DNA of 64,000 nt from an uncultured Chloroflexia bacterium (lineage in GTDB: Bacteria; Chloroflexota; Limnocylindria; Limnocylindrales; CSP1-4): positions 233,269 to 297,268 of the forward strand of contig CAVZOG010000003.1 of assembly GCA_963776865.1 (NCBI GenBank), in the 5' to 3' direction. The stretch's first letter is position 1; each line of letters begins with the position of its first letter. Shown in pieces: positions 61,328 to 64,000 of this stretch. Under the pieces are notes generated by a model. It was not told the DNA's origin. It made no database searches and saw nothing but the letters and a program-made list of their open reading frames with translations. Both the position numbers and the translations under genes were made by a program.

Positions 61328-62616
61328 CATTGCTCGACCGAGCGGACCGCCTTCCGACGCTCCTTCCCGGTTGGGATCGACGCAATCTGTGGACGCTGCG
61401 GTTTGTCGAGCCAGAGCTCGAGCTCCGGTACAGGGCGGCAATGGCGGAGCCGGGCCGCCAGCGCCTCCGGATCGCGATGGCGGTCGGCATTGGGATCTGG
61501 ATCACGGCCGGCCATCATTGGGCCGCCTCTCCTCAATATCCCGGCGCCGCCGTTCTACGCGGCGGCCGCGGTAATGACGGCGTGGAACACGTTCGTGATC
61601 TTCCTGACGCTCCGCGGCATCAGTCTCGCGTGGGTTTGGACACTTGTCGTCATCACGCAGGCGTTGAGCACATTAAACGTCGTCATCGCCTTCGGGACGG
61701 GTCCGCTGTTTGTCAGCATTGGCGCGCCTGCACTCATGACCGGTCTTGCCTTTGGAGTTGCGCTGGTCCGCCCCGCAGCCTGGACGGCGGCCGTACAGAG
61801 CGCCATGACCGTTGCGCTGTTCGCGACCGTTGTGCTGTCGACCTGACTGGCGTGGGCGCATTTCAGACGTACTTGCTGGGGGGCCTGGCCGCGGGCGTCA
61901 CCATCGGCGCCCGGTACCTCGAAGCGGGCGAGCGCACCGCCTTCGCCCAGGCCAATCTCGTCGCCGATCTCCACCGGCGGATCGATCGGCTCTTCCGCCA
62001 GTACCTCTCGCCAGACGTTGCCCAGGCGCTGGTCGACGACCCATCCCGCGCCAACCTCGGCGGAGAGGTGGCGGAGGTCAGCATTCTGTTCGCCGACCTG
62101 GAGGGCTTCACTTCATTCTCCGAGCGCACACCGGCACCGCAGACTGTGGCCATGCTCAACGACGCATTCGGAGTGGCGGTGCCAGCGGTGTTTGCGGAGG
62201 GCGGGACGGTGGTCCAGTTCATGGGCGATGCACTGATGGCGGTCTTCAATGCGCCCATTCGCCAGGCCGATCACGCCCTCCGTGCCTGTCGCGCCGGGTT
62301 GGCCCTCCAGCAGGCCATGGGAGGAGACGGAGCCGATGGGACTCCGCGATTCCGGGTCGCGATCAACACCGGCCCGGCACTGGTGGGCAACGTCGGGAGC
62401 GAGGAGATGCACAACTTCCTTGCCATTGGCGACACGACAAACGTCGCTGCTCGATTGCAATCGCTCGCGCCACCCGGCAGCGTGGTACTTGGCCAGAAGA
62501 CGTACGACCTGGTCCGCGACGGCGTCGATGTCCGTTCGCTCGGCACGCCGACTCTCAAGGGGAAATCGCTACCGACAGAGGTGTTCGAGCTGGTCGGTTT
62601 TCACAAGAACGCTTAG
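61324..62616 (+). CDS. class III adenylate/guanylate cyclase with N-terminal multi-TM domain; two frameshifts
   Basis: GTG overlaps the GT stop. TM helices in the 61403..61846 ORF. Cyclase homology domain ILFADLEGFTSFSE...QFMGDALMAVFNAP...INTGPALVGNVGS...GDTTNVAARLQSLA. Confidence 0.8.
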   Translation: MTLLDRADRLPTLLPGWDRRNLWTLRFVEPELELRYRAAMAEPGRQRLRIAMAVGIGIWITAGHHWAASPQYPGAAVLRGGRGNDGVEHVRDLPDAPRHQSRVGLDTCRHHAGVEHIKRRHRLRDGSAVCQHWRACTHDRSCLWSCAGPPRSLDGGRTERHDRCAVRDRCAVDLTGVGAFQTYLLGGLAAGVTIGARYLEAGERTAFAQANLVADLHRRIDRLFRQYLSPDVAQALVDDPSRANLGGEVAEVSILFADLEGFTSFSERTPAPQTVAMLNDAFGVAVPAVFAEGGTVVQFMGDALMAVFNAPIRQADHALRACRAGLALQQAMGGDGADGTPRFRVAINTGPALVGNVGSEEMHNFLAIGDTTNVAARLQSLAPPGSVVLGQKTYDLVRDGVDVRSLGTPTLKGKSLPTEVFELVGFHKNA

Positions 62617-62762
62617 CGAACCGCGTTCAAAGTCCGGCTTCGCTTTCCGAGGTCGCGTGACTCGCATGGGCGCGATGATTTGGTCGCTGCGCAGATCGCG
62701 CCGGGCCGGGGGTTGGCCGCCTGCACTCAGCTGGTTTGGTAGCGCATAGACTTGTCGGCCCA

Positions 62763-64000
62763 ATGTCAGTAGATCAACGCGTGGACAGCCCGTTTCGCCC
62801 TGTCGCGCGCCAACCCGACCTGCCCGCGCTCGAGCACGCCGTGCTCGAGCAGTGGCGCGAGCGCGCCACGTTCGCGCGGCTGCGCGCGCAGAACGCGGGC
62901 AACGAGCGCTGGTCGTTCATCGATGGGCCGATCACGGCAAACAACCCGATGGGCGTTCACCACGCGTGGGGCCGGACGTACAAGGACCTCTATCAGCGCT
63001 TCCACGCCATGCTCGGCCACGACCAGCGCTTCCAGAATGGCTTCGACTGCCAGGGTCTGTGGGTCGAGGTGAATGTCGAGCGCGAGCTCGGCTTCACCAG
63101 CAAGCGCGACATCGAGCAGTTCGGCATCGCCGAGTTCGTCAGCCTGTGCAAGCAACGCGTCCTGACCTACGCCGCGATGCAGAGCGAGCAGTCGATCCGG
63201 CTCGGCATGTGGATGGACTGGAACGATCCTGCCGAGCTGCGCCGGCTGCGCGACCTGCTTGCCGAGGATCCGGCGCAGCAGGTGACGGTCGAGGGACCCA
63301 ACGGCCCGGTCACCGACAGCGTCGAGATGATCGTCGGCCGCCTGGGCATGCCCGAGATCGGCGGCTCGTACTTCACATTCTCGAACGAGAACAACTATCT
63401 GATCTGGGAGTTCCTCGCCGAGTGCAACCGGCGCGGCTGGCTGTTCAAGGGCCACGACTCGATGCCGTGGTGCACGCGCTGCGGAACGGGCATCAGCCAG
63501 ATGGAGATGAACGAGGGCTACCAGGACCGCGAGGATCCCGGCCTGACCGTTCGACTGCCGCTCGTCGATCGGCCCGGGGAGTGGCTGCTGGTCTGGACCA
63601 CGACGCCCTGGACGCTGAGCGCAAACGTCGCCGCGGCCGTCGGGCCCGACCTTGCCTACGTGCGCGTCCGCCAGGGCGAGGATCAGTACTGGCTCGGCAA
63701 GGGCACGCTCAAGACCGCGTTGCGCGACCGGTTCGAGGTGCTCGAGGAGCGGCCCGGCCGCGACCTCGTCGGCTGGCGCTACCGCGGTCCATACGACGAG
63801 CTGCCCGCGGTAAACGCCGCATTCGCCGGCGGCTCGGGCGACGACGGTGGATCGGGCTACGAGCACCAGATCGTGCCGTGGACCGAGGTCAGCGAGGAGG
63901 AGGGGACGGGCATCGTCCACATCGCGCCGGGTGCCGGCGCGGAGGACTTCCAGCTCGGCAAGTCGCTCAACCTGCCGGTCATCGCGCCGCTGACCGAGGA
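62763..64000 (+). CDS. ileS: isoleucine--tRNA ligase-like class I aminoacyl-tRNA synthetase, 3'-partial; HIGH motif replaced by GVHH
   Basis: ...WSFIDGPITANNPMGVHHAWGRTYKDLYQRF...GFDCQGLWVEVNVERELG...IRLGMWMDWNDP...TTTPWTLSANVAAAVGP... parallels IleRS catalytic and CP1 regions. Continues past the window end. Confidence 0.75.
   Translation, partial: MSVDQRVDSPFRPVARQPDLPALEHAVLEQWRERATFARLRAQNAGNERWSFIDGPITANNPMGVHHAWGRTYKDLYQRFHAMLGHDQRFQNGFDCQGLWVEVNVERELGFTSKRDIEQFGIAEFVSLCKQRVLTYAAMQSEQSIRLGMWMDWNDPAELRRLRDLLAEDPAQQVTVEGPNGPVTDSVEMIVGRLGMPEIGGSYFTFSNENNYLIWEFLAECNRRGWLFKGHDSMPWCTRCGTGISQMEMNEGYQDREDPGLTVRLPLVDRPGEWLLVWTTTPWTLSANVAAAVGPDLAYVRVRQGEDQYWLGKGTLKTALRDRFEVLEERPGRDLVGWRYRGPYDELPAVNAAFAGGSGDDGGSGYEHQIVPWTEVSEEEGTGIVHIAPGAGAEDFQLGKSLNLPVIAPLTE

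Overview
High-GC (about 68-70%) bacterial chromosome segment. Its gene order points to Actinomycetota (uvrC-rapZ-yvcK-whiA, secD-secF, tatA-tatC, rpsF-ssb-rpsR). A conserved housekeeping backbone runs through it: uvrA; phosphate-scavenging enzymes; uvrC; secDF; pyrF; tatAC; rapZ-yvcK-whiA-tpiA-gpmI-secG; htpX/lemA; the S6-SSB-S18 ribosomal cluster; ilvE; ileS. Two accessory stretches interrupt it, and both start right after tRNA clusters. The first runs about 25.6-32.5 kb downstream of tRNA-Leu/Leu/Val and begins with a truncated phage-type integrase next to tRNA-Val. The second runs about 36.1-46.1 kb downstream of tRNA-Phe/Gly/Gln/Cys. These stretches carry a partly decayed multi-copy cassette of three uncharacterised protein families: family A, Tat-exported Gly-rich proteins; family B, signal-anchored 175-aa proteins; family C, 84-aa proteins with DPELAxAW and EQYAxD motifs. 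They also carry two ECF sigma/anti-sigma pairs whose sensor regions share a roughly 190-aa extracytoplasmic domain that also occurs as a free lipoprotein, and several lipoproteins and secreted proteins. Downstream lies a tight operon-like array: MerR-like regulator, CxxCC mini-membrane protein, SulP permease, P-type ATPase and a CYTH-Ppx/GppA fusion. A major caveat: about 20 conserved genes are split by single-base frameshifts, many at short homopolymers. This pattern fits indel errors in the assembly rather than real pseudogenes. No CRISPR array, rRNA or intact transposase was seen.
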